Positions 32,012-43,480 of a DNA stretch of 64,000 nt are shown one piece after another; the stretch's first letter is position 1; every line of letters begins with the position of its first letter. This stretch comes from an uncultured Planctomycetaceae bacterium. Lineage in GTDB: Bacteria > Planctomycetota > Planctomycetia > Planctomycetales > Planctomycetaceae. Under the pieces are notes generated by a model, which saw only the letters and a list, made by a program, of their open reading frames with translations, did not search any database and was not told where the DNA came from. The position numbers were made by a program, and so were the translations under genes. The stretch is from NCBI GenBank assembly GCA_963815195.1, contig CAWFGE010000005.1:1-64000 (forward strand), read 5' to 3'.

Positions 32012-32113
32012 TCACCGAACCCCAGCACCGTTCAGCCGCGGTTGGCCGCAAAACGGTGCGGGTTCTTGGCTTTCGAGCCGCGCTTCAGGTTGAAAGAATT
32101 GAAATCGCAACAT
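32012..32113 (-). CDS. Putative 33-aa leader peptide
   Basis: MLRFQFFQPEARLESQEPAPFCGQPRLNGAGVR*; the stop codon lies inside the antiterminator strand. Confidence 0.5.
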   Translation of the reverse strand: MLRFQFFQPEARLESQEPAPFCGQPRLNGAGVR

Positions 32114-32373
32114 GGGATTTGGTTTGAGTGAGAGATCGTTGTGGGTTGCTGGTGTTTTAGACGCCCTTGGCCGGGGGAGGTTCGCGCCCGTTTGCGTTTT
32201 TCTGTACGTTGGCCGGGTCGGAGATTTTCAGCGTTTTCAAGTTTCGGATGAGTTTTCGAGCCGGGCTCCCACGGGAAGCGAACCGCCCCGCGACCGCCGC
32301 GCTAGTTCTTCGCGGGGCATTGATTTACCATGCGCTTCAGCCAATGCAATCCCATCAATCCAAGGGCATTCTC

Positions 32374-34418
32374 ATGCGATGGTTATTTTGTTCGTTGAGT
32401 GTTTTGCTCGCCGGGCCTGTTTTGGGCGATGATTTGACGGTGCTGGAAAAGCCCCGGCCGCAGATGCTGCGGGATGTGCTCCGGGTCCAGGTGCATCAAG
32501 CGCTCGCTGCGAGACGGGCGGCTTATGAAGGTCGCACCGAGCCCGCGGCGATCCCCGAATGGCAGCGAGACTTGCGGGCCAGGTTCGTGGAAAGTCTCGG
32601 CGGATACCCCGAGCGCACGCCGCTCAAACCCCAAATCGTCGGGCGGTTCGAGTCCGATGGCTACCGCGTGGAGAAGCTCATTTATGAAAGCCGGCCCGAG
32701 TTTCACGTGACGGCCACGCTCTATCTGCCCAACGCGAAGCCGCCCTGTCCGGCGGTGCTCTTGCCCTGTGGCCATACGGAAAACGGCAAGGCCGCCGGGA
32801 CCTATCAGCGCGTGGCCATTCTGCTGGCGAAGAACGGGATCGCGGTGCTGTGTTACGACCCCGTCGGCCAGGGCGAACGAAAGCAAATTCTCAAAACCAA
32901 CAAAGCCGGCGAGCCTCTCGCCGCCGGGCAATTTTCATCGACCAGCGAGCATTCCATCACGGGAGTCGCACCGATTCTCTTGGGGCAGTGCCTGGCGAGC
33001 TATCGTATCTGGGACGGCATCCGGAGCATCGATTATCTTTGCTCCCGGCCGGATATTGATGCGAAGCGCATCGGCTGCACGGGGAACTCCGGCGGCGGTT
33101 TAATGACGAGCTATCTGGCCGCGCTCGATGAGCGGATCCAGGCCGCGGCCCCAGGGTGTTTCATCACCACGACCCGCATCAAAAACGAACGGCCCGGCCC
33201 CGGCGATGCGGAGCAGAACATCTTCGCCCAGACCGCCTATGGTTTGGACCACGCGGATTATCTGATGCTCGCCGCCCCGCGTCCGGTGCTGATTTGCTCC
33301 GCCACCGAGGATTTCGTGCCCGTCGAAGGCGCGTGGAATTCCTTCCGCCAGGCCAAGCGGCTCTACACGCGGTTGGGCGTTCCGGAACGGGTCGACCTGG
33401 TCGAGGCCGATGAAAAGCACGGCTTCTCGAAGCCACTCCGCCTCGCCGTCCTCCAATGGATGAGGCGGTGGCTGCTCAATGTCGATGAACCCGCGGACGA
33501 ACAAGAGTTCGAGGTGCATACCGAACAGCAACTCACATGCACGCCCCGCGGGCAGGTACTTCTGCTCAAGGGCGCGAAATCCCTCAACGATCTGTACCGC
33601 GAACAGGCGCGGGAACTGAAGAGCCAGCGCGAGAAGTGGAACCGGGAAATTCCCGCCGCGGCGCGGATCGCCAAGATTTGCGAACTCATCCGCGCCAAGG
33701 GTTGGGATCAGCTTCCGCCGCCCAAGGCCCGCACCGCCGGAAGGCTCGACCGCAACAGTTGCCAAATCGAAAAACTGATTCTCGCACCCGCCGAGGGCAT
33801 CGTTCTGCCCGCTTTGTTATTCGAACCTCCGGACGCGGGGAATAAGATCGTGTTGTATGTTCACGGTGAGGGAAAACACGCTGATGCGCAGGTGGGGGGC
33901 AGAATTGAACAGCTCGATGAAAAAAGGCCGGAGGGTGTTCGCGGTCGACCTGAGGGGTTACGGCGAAACCGAATCTCCCGCCTGGCGGTTCAACAAGACC
34001 TACATGGGCACGAATGCCGCGGAGTATTTCATCTCGTATATGCTGGGGCGATCGCTGGTCGGCGCGGGCGGAGGATGTTCTTTCCGCCGCCAAGTATTTG
34101 AAGCAGCGGTTTCCGAATGCCGACCTGGAACTCGTTGCGGTGAGCCGGGCCGGAATACCGGCTCTGCATGCGGCCGCGATTTCGCCGAATGCCTTTGTGG
34201 CGGTGCATCTCGATCAAACGCTGGACTCCTGGAGCCGCGTGATCGAAACTCCTGTCACAATCGACCAATTGGAAAACACCGTCCACGGCGCACTGCGGTT
34301 TTTCGACTTGCCGGATCTCGTGGACCTCGCGGGCCCCGGCAAGGTGACGATCACGAATCCTCAGGACGCCGCCGGCCAGCCCATTCGGTCCGAGCCGGCG
34401 GAAGCGTCGCAGCGATAA
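32374..34418 (+). CDS. Acetylxylan esterase-like alpha/beta hydrolase (frameshifts near 33915 and 34066)
   Basis: Signal peptide, PCGH, DPVGQGER, GNSGGG nucleophile, DLRGYGET in the second frame. Confidence 0.85.
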
Positions 34419-34420
34419 CC

Positions 34421-35561
34421 TCACGTCTCCAAGGCTTGCCGCATGTCGGCGACGAGGTCGTCGGGATGCTCGATACCCACCGAGACGCGAATCGTCCGCT
34501 CCGAAATCCCCGCGTTCCGGCGGGCTTCCAAAGTCATCGAAGCGTGGCTCATGGTTTCGGGATATTCCACGAGCGACTCCACGCCGCCCAGCGATTCCGC
34601 GAGTTGGAACACTTTAAACCGCTCCAAGACCCGCTCGGCGAACGCCCCGTCGCCCTTCACATCGAAACTCAGCATCGCCCCGAAGCCGTCCTGCTGGCGC
34701 TTGGCGAGTTCGTACTGGGGATGCGATTCCAAACCGGGATAATAGACGCGATCGACCTGGGGATGTTCCGCGAGCATCCGGGCGACCGCCATCGCCGCCC
34801 GCTGATGGGCCTCCATTCGCGGGCCCCAAAGTCTTGATGCCCCGCAGCACCAGCCAGGCATCGAACGGCGAGCATCCCAGGCCGAGAGCGTTCACGATAT
34901 ACGCCACGCGCTCGGCGTGCTCTTGCTCCTTGGTGACGACGCAACCGCCCACCACGTCCGAATGGCCGTTCAGATATTTTGTGGTGGAGTGAATCACAAC
35001 ATCCACGCCATGCTCGAACGGCCGCTGGAGATAGGGGGACAGGAACGTGTTGTCGGCAATGCTGATCGCCCCCTGCTCTTTGGCGATCTTGGTGATTGTG
35101 AGAATCTCCACGATGTTCAACAGCGGATTCGAAGGCGTTTCGATCCAGATTCCCTTGGTTTCGGGAGTAACGGCGGACTGCACGTTCTTGGGGTTCCCCA
35201 TGTTCACGAAGGAAAACATCAAACCCATTCGCGTGAAGACATCCGCAAACAGCCGATAGGTGCCGCCGTAAATATCATGTCCCGCAATGATGTGGTCGCC
35301 CGGCTCGAACAGGTGCATCACCGCGGTGATCGCCGCCATCCCGGTGCAGGTGGCCCGGCACCCGATGCCGCCTTCGAGCGAGGCGATGTTCTCTTCGAGA
35401 GCCGCCCGCGTGGGGTTGCCGCTGCGGGTGTAATCGAACCCCCGATTCGTCCGCAGATCGTCCCAGCGAAACGTCGACGTGGGATAAATCGGGGTCGTGG
35501 CGCTGTTATAAGCGGCATCTTTATTCACGCCTTCGTGGACGCAACGCGTTTGAAACTTCAT
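34421..35561 (-). CDS. Cystathionine gamma-synthase/lyase family PLP enzyme (frameshift near 34825)
   Basis: YTRSGNPT, ETPSNP, HSTTKYLNGHSD, AESLGGVESL, SVGIE. Confidence 0.9.
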
Positions 35562-35890
35562 GGCAGTTCGACGGGCTCCGTAAAGCAAGAGGAAAATACA
35601 ACCAACCGCGAAACCAGAGCCGTACCAGGCGGGGTTGGTTCGCGATCGATTGTCTTTTGAGGGGTGGATCTTTGTTGTGCTGATAAGCATCGGCATTGAT
35701 CGCGTAGAGTGTACGGGACGCTTCGGGCAGATACAACGATCTCTTCGCATCAATTTCGACGGCCGACCGTTCTGGCGGGCACGATTGGAATGCCGGGCGA
35801 AACGGATATACTGAAAAGCATGCGAACACCGGAAGGACGTTTCCCCGACGCCTACCTTTTGCCGCCGACTTCTCCAATAGGAACCTTGGC

Positions 35891-37318
35891 ATGAACGCTT
35901 GTTGCAACCGACTGGCTGTGTGCGCGGGAGTGCTGGTTTTGATCGCGGCGGCGCCGGCGTTCGCTGCGGATCCGCTTCGGGAACAGGCCGAGCAAACGTT
36001 GAAAAAAGCTGCGACCTATTACCGTACCCAAGTGGCTTCGCACGGAGGATATGTTTACCACTACAGTCCCGACCTCAGCCGCCGCTGGGGCGAAGGCGTG
36101 GCGACGGCGGATCAAATCTGGGTCCAGCCGCCCGGCACGCCGACGGTGGGGCTGGCCTATCTCGCGGCCTACAACGCCACGGGCGACACGTTCTACTTGG
36201 AAGCCGCCACCGCCGCCGCGGAGGCTTTGATCTACGGCCAACTCGAATCCGGCGGCTGGACCAACAGCGTGGACTTTAATCCGCAAGGCAGCCACGTGGC
36301 CCAATACCGCAACGGCAAAGGCCGGGGCAAAAACTATTCCTCGCTCGACGACGGCCAGACACAGTCGGCTTTGAGGTTTTTGTTTCACATCGATCAGGCG
36401 CACAAGTTCCAAAACGCCGCCATCCACGAAGCTGCGCTCACGGGACTGAAAGCCTTGTTGAACGCCCAGTTCCCCAACGGTGCCTTTCCGCAAGTCTGGG
36501 CGGGCCCGGTTTCCGCAGAGCCCATGTTGAAGGCCAACTATCCGGATTATGACTGGCGCACGGAAGGCAGAATCAAAGAGTACTGGAACATGTACACATT
36601 GAACGACGATCTGGCAGGATATGTCTCCGACACCTTGATCGGTGCTCATACGATCTACGACGATAAAAAACCGCTCGATGCGCTGTTGCGGTTGGGGGAT
36701 TTTTTGCTCATTGCCCAAATGCCCGAACCGCAGCCGGCGTGGGCGCAGCAATATAACTATCAAATGCAACCCATTTGGGCGAGGAAATTCGAGCCGCCGG
36801 GCGTTTCGGGCAGGGAATCGCAGGATGCGATGGACACGCTCCTCAAGATCACTCGCTATACCAATAACCCGAAATACCTCGAACCGATCCCGCGGGCGCT
36901 CGCCTACCTGAAAAAATCGCAACTCCCCGACGGCCGATTGGCCCGCTACTATGCGCTAAAAACCAACCGCCCGCTGTATATGTTCCGCCGCGGCAAGGTC
37001 TATAGCCTGACCTATGATGACAGCGATTTGCCGGACCACTATGGCTGGAAAACCGAATCGCGTTTGGATCAAATCGCCCGACAATACCAGGCGGCGAAAC
37101 AGAATAAACCATTAGAGGTAAAGACGGCCAAAAACCTCGAACCGGAGGTCCGGAAGATTATTAAGGCCCTCGATGACCAAGGCCGTTGGATGAGCCACTA
37201 CACCGGCGAACGCCTCGTCGGTCAGCCCAAATTCAAGAAGGGCGAAGCGTATTTGTCGAGTGCTGTTTTCAGCCATAATATGACGACGCTCAGCGAGTAT
37301 CTTATAAAGACAAAATAG
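35891..37318 (+). CDS. Secreted pectate lyase (PL10-like) protein
   Basis: Signal peptide, [25 protein letters not shown]. Confidence 0.75.
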   Translation: MNACCNRLAVCAGVLVLIAAAPAFAADPLREQAEQTLKKAATYYRTQVASHGGYVYHYSPDLSRRWGEGVATADQIWVQPPGTPTVGLAYLAAYNATGDTFYLEAATAAAEALIYGQLESGGWTNSVDFNPQGSHVAQYRNGKGRGKNYSSLDDGQTQSALRFLFHIDQAHKFQNAAIHEAALTGLKALLNAQFPNGAFPQVWAGPVSAEPMLKANYPDYDWRTEGRIKEYWNMYTLNDDLAGYVSDTLIGAHTIYDDKKPLDALLRLGDFLLIAQMPEPQPAWAQQYNYQMQPIWARKFEPPGVSGRESQDAMDTLLKITRYTNNPKYLEPIPRALAYLKKSQLPDGRLARYYALKTNRPLYMFRRGKVYSLTYDDSDLPDHYGWKTESRLDQIARQYQAAKQNKPLEVKTAKNLEPEVRKIIKALDDQGRWMSHYTGERLVGQPKFKKGEAYLSSAVFSHNMTTLSEYLIKTK

Positions 37319-37347
37319 CGACCGCCGCGAAGAGCGCCTTTGAAAAG

Positions 37348-37429
37348 GTGAGCGGTAGGCGCTAGCCTCCGGTTTCGTTGAACGGAGACACTTGAATCCA
37401 AGGCCGGCGGCTAGCGCCGTCCCGCTCAC
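37348..37429. repeat. REP-like inverted pair related to family B
   Basis: GTGAGCGGTAGGCGCTAGCCTCCGG...CCGGCGGCTAGCGCCGTCCCGCTCAC. Confidence 0.7.
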
Positions 37430-37493
37430 TTTGATGGAATGCACATTTTTGCCCACGTATCAGGTTGAGAACGAATCTCGCCCAGGTTTTTTT

Positions 37494-40466
37494 ATGAATC
37501 GACACATAATACGAGACACTCTCCTATTTCTTTCCGCCTTTATGACTACGACGGCACCGGGGGCGGAGGTGCACGATGTGCCCGAACCGTTGCCGGCCAA
37601 GGAAGCGGCCCAGAAGATGATTGTGCCGGAAGGATTTCACGTGACGCTGTTCGCGGGCGAACCCGCGGTGCGTCAGCCGATCGCGTTTTGCATCGACGAC
37701 CGCGGGCGGCTGTGGGTCGCGGAGGCTTATAACTATCCCCATCACGGCACCCGGCCCGGCGACCGGATTTTGATACTTGAGGATACAAACGGCGACGGGG
37801 CATTCGACAAACGCACCGTATTCTATGATAAGCTCAACTATGTGACGGGGATTGAAGTCGGTTTCGGCGGGGCCTGGGTCATGTCGCCACCTTACTTCTA
37901 TTTCATCCCCGACCGCGACGGCGACGATCGGCCGGATGCAGCTCCTAAAATCCTGCTCGACGGCTTCGGAAATCACGCCAACGCGCATAACCTCGCCAAC
38001 GGGTTTGCCTGGGGGCCGGACGGTTGGCTCTATGGCACGCACGGCCGCACGAACTGGTCGCTGCTGGGAAAGCCCGGCACGCCGGATGACGAGCGCATTC
38101 GCTTCGACGGCGGGGTCTATCGCTATCATCCCACCCGCCATGTGTGGGAACCGTTTGCCGACGGCACGACCAATCCCTGGGGCATCGACTGGAACGACTA
38201 CGGCGACGCCTTCGTGTGCAACTGCGTGAACCCGCATTTGTTTCAAGTGATCCAGGGCGCCGATTACGAGCCTTGGCGAAACCGCGAGTCCAGCCGGTAT
38301 GCCTACGAACGCATCCCGACGATTGCCGACCATCTGCATTTCGTGGGCGCGAGGAACGTGCGAGATGGTCTCGGCTCCCGCGAGGAAGATCTGGCCGGGG
38401 GCGGGCACGCGCATTGCGGCACGATGATTTACCTCGGCGACAACTGGCCCAAGAGCTATCGCAACACCCTGTTTACCAATAACATCCACGGGCGGCGGAT
38501 CAATAACGACATTCTCCACCGCGAAGGCTCCGGGTATCGCGCTTCGCACGGCCACGATCTGATGCAGGCGCGCGACCCGTGGTACATGGGCGTCACATTG
38601 GCTTATGGGCCGGACGGAGCCGTCTATGCCAGCGACTGGTCGGACACCGGCGAATGCCACAGCGTCCGCAACACCCGGCGGGAGACCGGGCGGATCTATA
38701 AGATCGCCTATAAAAAGCCCGAACCCGTCCAAGTCAACCTGGCGCAATCGAGCAACGAGGAGTTAGTCAAACTCCAACTCCACGAAAACGATTGGTACGT
38801 CCGCCACGCGCGACGGCTTTTAGAAGAGCGGGCGTTTCAGAAGCAGGATATGTCAGCGGTTCACCGGCAACTGGCCGCGATATTTCGCGAGCAAGCGGAC
38901 GTGCCTCGGAAGCTCCGCGCGCTCTGGGCACTGTATGTCACGGGCGGCGCGACCGACGAATTCTTAATCCGCGCCTTGGATCACGAAAATCAATATCTCC
39001 AGGGCTGGGCGATCCGCCTGTTGTGCGAGACCCGGCGGGTTTCGGATCAGGCGGTCTCTCGCTTCGTGGAACTCGCCGGCCCGGGAAGTTCGTCTTATGT
39101 GCGTTTGCAGCTCGCGTGCGCCCTCCAAAGACTGGAACCGAAACAGCGCTGGCCGATCGCGGAAGTTCTCGTCGCAAATCAAGAAGACGTTGCCGATGCG
39201 AATTTGCCTTTGATGATTTGGTATGGAGTCGAGCCGCTCGTCCACGCGGATCGAAAGCGGTTTATTCAACTGGCGGCCAAGGCGGAGATTCCGCGGATTC
39301 GCCGGCACATCGCCCGCCGGGTGCTGGCGAATCCCAAGGAAACCGCGGGTCTCGATCTTTTGGTGCAGTTGTTGGGGGAAGCCGGTGGAAATCAACGTCT
39401 CGAAGATGTGCTCTCGGGCATGCTCACCGGTCTTGAAGGCTCGCGCACGGTGAAGATGCCCAAGTCCTGGCCGGGAATCTATGAAAAACTCCATCAAAAT
39501 CAAGACGGCGAAGTCCGCCGAGGCGCTTTGAGGCTCGCGTTGAAATTCGATGATCCCGCGGCCTACGCCACGCTGCGGAAAATCGCAGAGGATGCCGGCG
39601 AAGCCAAGGCGAACCGGACCGAAGCCATCCAGGCGCTGGTGCAGAAGAAGCCGAACGATCTGCCGGACGTGCTCTTGAAACTCATCCGCGACCCCGCGAC
39701 GCAGGATGCAGCGCTTCGCGGATTGGCGGAATATACCGATCCGAAAATCGGCAAGACGATCCTGGCTCTCTATTCCTCTCTGAATGAAACCGGCCGGCAG
39801 AATGCCCTGTTGACCTTGGCGTCCCGCGGCGACTGGGCGATGGCGATGCTCGATCGCGTTGAGGCCAAAACCATCGCCGCCAGCGATTTGACCGCTTATA
39901 CCGCCCGGCAGCTTGAGAACCTGGACGATCCCAAGATCACCGCCCGGTTGAAATCCTTGTGGGGCAACGTGCGGCCGACCCCGGCGGAGAAAGCCCAACT
40001 CATCGCCAGGTTCAAAAAACGCTTGACTCCCGACACGTTGAGCGGGGCGGATCGCCAGGCGGGGCGGGCGCTTTTTCAAAAGACCTGTGCCAACTGCCAT
40101 AAGCTGTTCGGCGAAGGCGGCAAGATCGGCCCGGATATTACGGGGGCCCAGCGGACGAACCTGGATTATCTGTTGGAAACTCTGATCGATCCGAGCGCTT
40201 TGGTTGCGAAGGATTATCAGATGGAAAAAATCGCCACCACGAGCGGGCGGACGATTACGGGACTCGTGGTGGAGGAAACCGAAGCCGCGGTGACCGTGCA
40301 AACCGTCAACGAGAAAGTCATTATTCCGCTCGGCGAAATCGAACAGCGGGCGACCTCGCAGGTTTCGATGATGCCTGACGGATTATTGGAAAAGCTCTCG
40401 GCGGACCAAATCCGAGATTTGATGGGTTACGTGTCGGGATTAGATCAGGTGCCGTTAAAGAACTAA
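37494..40466 (+). CDS. PVC-type membrane dehydrogenase / heme-binding CxxCH protein
   Basis: Beta-propeller (FAGEP, DDRGRLWV, WGPDGWLY), HEAT repeats, CANCH, IGPDIT, SMMPDGL. Confidence 0.9.
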   Translation: MNRHIIRDTLLFLSAFMTTTAPGAEVHDVPEPLPAKEAAQKMIVPEGFHVTLFAGEPAVRQPIAFCIDDRGRLWVAEAYNYPHHGTRPGDRILILEDTNGDGAFDKRTVFYDKLNYVTGIEVGFGGAWVMSPPYFYFIPDRDGDDRPDAAPKILLDGFGNHANAHNLANGFAWGPDGWLYGTHGRTNWSLLGKPGTPDDERIRFDGGVYRYHPTRHVWEPFADGTTNPWGIDWNDYGDAFVCNCVNPHLFQVIQGADYEPWRNRESSRYAYERIPTIADHLHFVGARNVRDGLGSREEDLAGGGHAHCGTMIYLGDNWPKSYRNTLFTNNIHGRRINNDILHREGSGYRASHGHDLMQARDPWYMGVTLAYGPDGAVYASDWSDTGECHSVRNTRRETGRIYKIAYKKPEPVQVNLAQSSNEELVKLQLHENDWYVRHARRLLEERAFQKQDMSAVHRQLAAIFREQADVPRKLRALWALYVTGGATDEFLIRALDHENQYLQGWAIRLLCETRRVSDQAVSRFVELAGPGSSSYVRLQLACALQRLEPKQRWPIAEVLVANQEDVADANLPLMIWYGVEPLVHADRKRFIQLAAKAEIPRIRRHIARRVLANPKETAGLDLLVQLLGEAGGNQRLEDVLSGMLTGLEGSRTVKMPKSWPGIYEKLHQNQDGEVRRGALRLALKFDDPAAYATLRKIAEDAGEAKANRTEAIQALVQKKPNDLPDVLLKLIRDPATQDAALRGLAEYTDPKIGKTILALYSSLNETGRQNALLTLASRGDWAMAMLDRVEAKTIAASDLTAYTARQLENLDDPKITARLKSLWGNVRPTPAEKAQLIARFKKRLTPDTLSGADRQAGRALFQKTCANCHKLFGEGGKIGPDITGAQRTNLDYLLETLIDPSALVAKDYQMEKIATTSGRTITGLVVEETEAAVTVQTVNEKVIIPLGEIEQRATSQVSMMPDGLLEKLSADQIRDLMGYVSGLDQVPLKN

Positions 40467-40505
40467 CCCGGCCGATCGAGGGATGACTGTCTCGTTTCCG
40501 ATCAT

Positions 40506-41621
40506 TCAAAAACTCGCGATCAAAACGAGATTTGCGAACGGGCTTCGTGGGCGTCTTTTATCCCGGGAGGGTGATGACGAACTCCGCCCCTCGTTTCCGC
40601 CGTTGCCGACTTCGATCGTGCCGCGGTGGGCTTCGGCGATTCGCTTGACGATCGCCATGCCCAGGCCCATGCCTTGCGACTTGGTTGTGTAGAAGGCCTC
40701 GAACACCTTGCGTTTTTGTTCTTGGGTCAGGCCGGGGCCGTTGTCGCGAACGGCGATCCGGAGAGCCGAGCTGCCTGCGAGCGTCGTCTCCGCGCAGTGA
40801 ATTTCAATCCGCACCGGATCCGTGCAGGCGGCGAGGGCGTTCTCGAACAGATTCCGAAACACCTGCTCCAACCGGGCGGCATCGATGGCGCGGTTCAAGT
40901 CCACGCCGTTCGGGAATTCCTGAAATTCCACCATTCGCGTTTTCCAGGTCGCGTTGAGATTCTGCCAGGCCTCCCGCCAAACGGCGGACACGTCGGCGAG
41001 TTTCGGTTCGAGCTTGACCGGAGCCGAGAATCCGCGGACCTCCTCAAAATGGCTTTGAATCTCGTGGCTGGCCGCATGGATGCGTTCGAGGATATTCACG
41101 AGGTCCGGCGTTTGGCCGAGGCTCAGCCGCAAGACCTCGAGGCCCGCTTGAATCCGCTGAAGGGCGTTGCGGTTTTCGTGGGTGATGGCGGCGACCATCT
41201 GGCCGATCGCGGCGAGCCGTTCGGATTGCAGCACTCGCTTCTCGGCTTCCTGCAGCTTCATCACGCGGGCCAGGCTCATCCGCAGGGCCTCGGGGTGGAT
41301 GGGCTTTAGGATATAATCAGCCGCCCCATGCCTAAGGGCCGAGATCGTCCCGTCCATGTCCGCATAGCCTGTGACGATAATCACCGCCGCTTCGGGCGCG
41401 AGTTGTTTCAGCCGCGGCAAAAACTCGTCGGCGGTCCCATCCGGCAGGTTGCGATCCAAAAGAATCGCCGCATATTCGGACCAGCATTCGCGAGCCAAGG
41501 CCTCCTGGAGCGTGGTCGCGGCATCGACGCGGAAGCCGTCCAGTTCCAAGATGTCTAAGAGGTTGGCTTGCGTATCGCGATCGTCTTCGATGGAGAGAAT
41601 GTGCATAATGGTCCCCAGCAT
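40506..41621 (-). CDS. Hybrid receiver/histidine kinase (probable frameshift near 40588; true stop probably near 40558)
   Basis: IEDD, LLDRNLPDG, HENRNAL, NLFENA, DNGPG, GMGLGM; AEFVITLPG* in the adjacent frame. Confidence 0.88.
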   Translation of the reverse strand: MLGTIMHILSIEDDRDTQANLLDILELDGFRVDAATTLQEALARECWSEYAAILLDRNLPDGTADEFLPRLKQLAPEAAVIIVTGYADMDGTISALRHGAADYILKPIHPEALRMSLARVMKLQEAEKRVLQSERLAAIGQMVAAITHENRNALQRIQAGLEVLRLSLGQTPDLVNILERIHAASHEIQSHFEEVRGFSAPVKLEPKLADVSAVWREAWQNLNATWKTRMVEFQEFPNGVDLNRAIDAARLEQVFRNLFENALAACTDPVRIEIHCAETTLAGSSALRIAVRDNGPGLTQEQKRKVFEAFYTTKSQGMGLGMAIVKRIAEAHRGTIEVGNGGNEGRSSSSPSRDKRRPRSPFANLVLIASF

Positions 41622-41864
41622 CTCGTCGGGCCAACGATTCCAGCCTTTTTAACCCACGGCAGTAGCCCCTGGATGCGGCGCGGGCATTATAGATGCCGGG
41701 AAACGCCCCCTGCAACCGCCGAAACCCCTGCAAATCCTCGCGTTCAAGAATCCAGGATTTGACAGTTCCCGCTCTTCATTGCGAGAATGCCTTGGACGGA
41801 CGGCCAGAAAAACCATTTCAAGAAGCGGGCACAAAACAGAGGCACTCACAAGGATGGCGGGATG

Positions 41865-43388
41865 TCAAAAACATGAATCACAACGCGATTTCTCGGCTTT
41901 CGGAATGTAGTTCAGCGTGTAATAGCCGACGTTGTGCAAGAGCGGCAGGCCGGTTTTGGAGCGGACGCCCGCCATGTGGAGTTCGTGGACGTGGCCTTCC
42001 TGAAGGCCTTCGATCACGAGCCGGGCGGATTTGCCGTCTTCGCCTAGGCGGATGTCTTTGATCTTGGGCGTGGTGTGATCGACTTCGGGGCTGCCGTAGC
42101 TGGCTTGGAAGATATAGCAGTACGTTTCGAGCTTGTAGGATGCGGGATCCTTCGCCGTCGCGGGATCGATCGGCTCTGTGAAGGTCAGTTCAAAGCCGTC
42201 GGGCTTCGCGCGCATTTCGTGGACTTCAAACGGCGTCTTGCCGGTCCAAACCAGGCGTTCCAAAGCGAACGGCTTATGGCCGCGCGAGCCCCAACCGCGA
42301 TTGGTGCCGCCGACGATGAGCGATCCATCGTGGGCGAACTCGAGCACGAGATTCCCCGAGGCCCCGCCTTCCCGGAGCAGGAAGCAGGCGCCTTGATAAT
42401 GGCCTTGGATTTTTTCGAGATAGCAGCGCATCACCGTGCTGAAGCTCTGGTCGGTGACCAGCATCTGCCCGGCGAAGGGGCCGAACTTCCCGCCGGTGAG
42501 GTCGCAGGCAATCCCCGCGGCCGACTTGCCCATCTTGTCATACGGGAACAACACGGCGGGCGGTTCGTATTCGGGGATTTTTTTGGCTTCGGTCATAATC
42601 CGGCTGCCGCTTTCGGGCTCCTGGGGTTTTTCGCCCATCGCCTTTTTGACTTCCGGGAGATCGTACCAGCGGTTGCCGGCGGGATGGCCTTGGAACGAAC
42701 CGGGCCGCAGCCATTTGAGACTGCACGTGCCGTTCCAGGGGCCTTGGTTGTCGGTGAAGAACATATCGCCCTCGGCGTTCATGCCGATGCCGCCGGGCGA
42801 GCGAATCCCGCTGCAGGTGGGAATGGCGTGGCCGTCTTTGTCGATCCTGAGACACCAGCCGCGGTACTTGCTATTGCTGTTGAACGATCCCGTTAAACAC
42901 AGCACGACCCAGGCATGGCCGTTTTTGTCGAAGGGTGAGCCGAAGGCGTATTCGTGATAGTCGCCGTTGATCTCCCAGGCATCGCTGACGGTCTCCACGA
43001 TGTCGGCCTTGTCGTCGCCGTTGGTGTCTTTGAGGCGGGACAGTTCGCACCGCTGCGTCGCGTACAGCCAGCCGTCTTTTTCCAGCGAAAGGCCCAACAC
43101 TTCATGCAGGCCCCCGGCGAATTTGGTGAACTTGACCTTCTCCGGCGGATCGGCGAAGGCGCCTTCGATAACATAAATATCCCCCCGCCGAGTAGAGACG
43201 GCGATCTTCTTGCCGGGCAGTTCCTCAATCCCCCCGGCTTCCAGCACGATGCCTTTGGGAATCGGAATGTTGATCCACTTGAAATAGTCCTCTTCCGTCG
43301 GGGCTTTGTCCGCAGCGCAAAGACCGTTGGAAACGAGACAGACCGACGCCAACACCAAAAAGAAAAAACGATGCATGCTGAGTCCCAT
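41865..43388 (-). CDS. Secreted beta-propeller PVC-type hypothetical protein
   Basis: Signal peptide, [22 protein letters not shown]. Confidence 0.75.
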   Translation of the reverse strand: MGLSMHRFFFLVLASVCLVSNGLCAADKAPTEEDYFKWINIPIPKGIVLEAGGIEELPGKKIAVSTRRGDIYVIEGAFADPPEKVKFTKFAGGLHEVLGLSLEKDGWLYATQRCELSRLKDTNGDDKADIVETVSDAWEINGDYHEYAFGSPFDKNGHAWVVLCLTGSFNSNSKYRGWCLRIDKDGHAIPTCSGIRSPGGIGMNAEGDMFFTDNQGPWNGTCSLKWLRPGSFQGHPAGNRWYDLPEVKKAMGEKPQEPESGSRIMTEAKKIPEYEPPAVLFPYDKMGKSAAGIACDLTGGKFGPFAGQMLVTDQSFSTVMRCYLEKIQGHYQGACFLLREGGASGNLVLEFAHDGSLIVGGTNRGWGSRGHKPFALERLVWTGKTPFEVHEMRAKPDGFELTFTEPIDPATAKDPASYKLETYCYIFQASYGSPEVDHTTPKIKDIRLGEDGKSARLVIEGLQEGHVHELHMAGVRSKTGLPLLHNVGYYTLNYIPKAEKSRCDSCF

Positions 43389-43415
43389 TTAATAACTAAT
43401 AGTATCGTCGCACTT

Positions 43416-43474
43416 ATTAGCCGCAGGGCGCTAGCCCCGGTTCGCCGAACAACCAGACGCTACCGCGTTCCGGC
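43416..43474. repeat. REP-like family B copy
   Basis: ATTAGCCGCAGGGCGCTAGCCCCGGTT is the reverse complement of 19573-19599 with one mismatch. Confidence 0.8.
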
Positions 43475-43480
43475 CGAAAA

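Noticed and set aside
35562..35890. Canonical SAM riboswitch upstream of the trans-sulfuration gene
   Set aside because: No SAM-I, SAM-II or SAM-IV consensus recognised.
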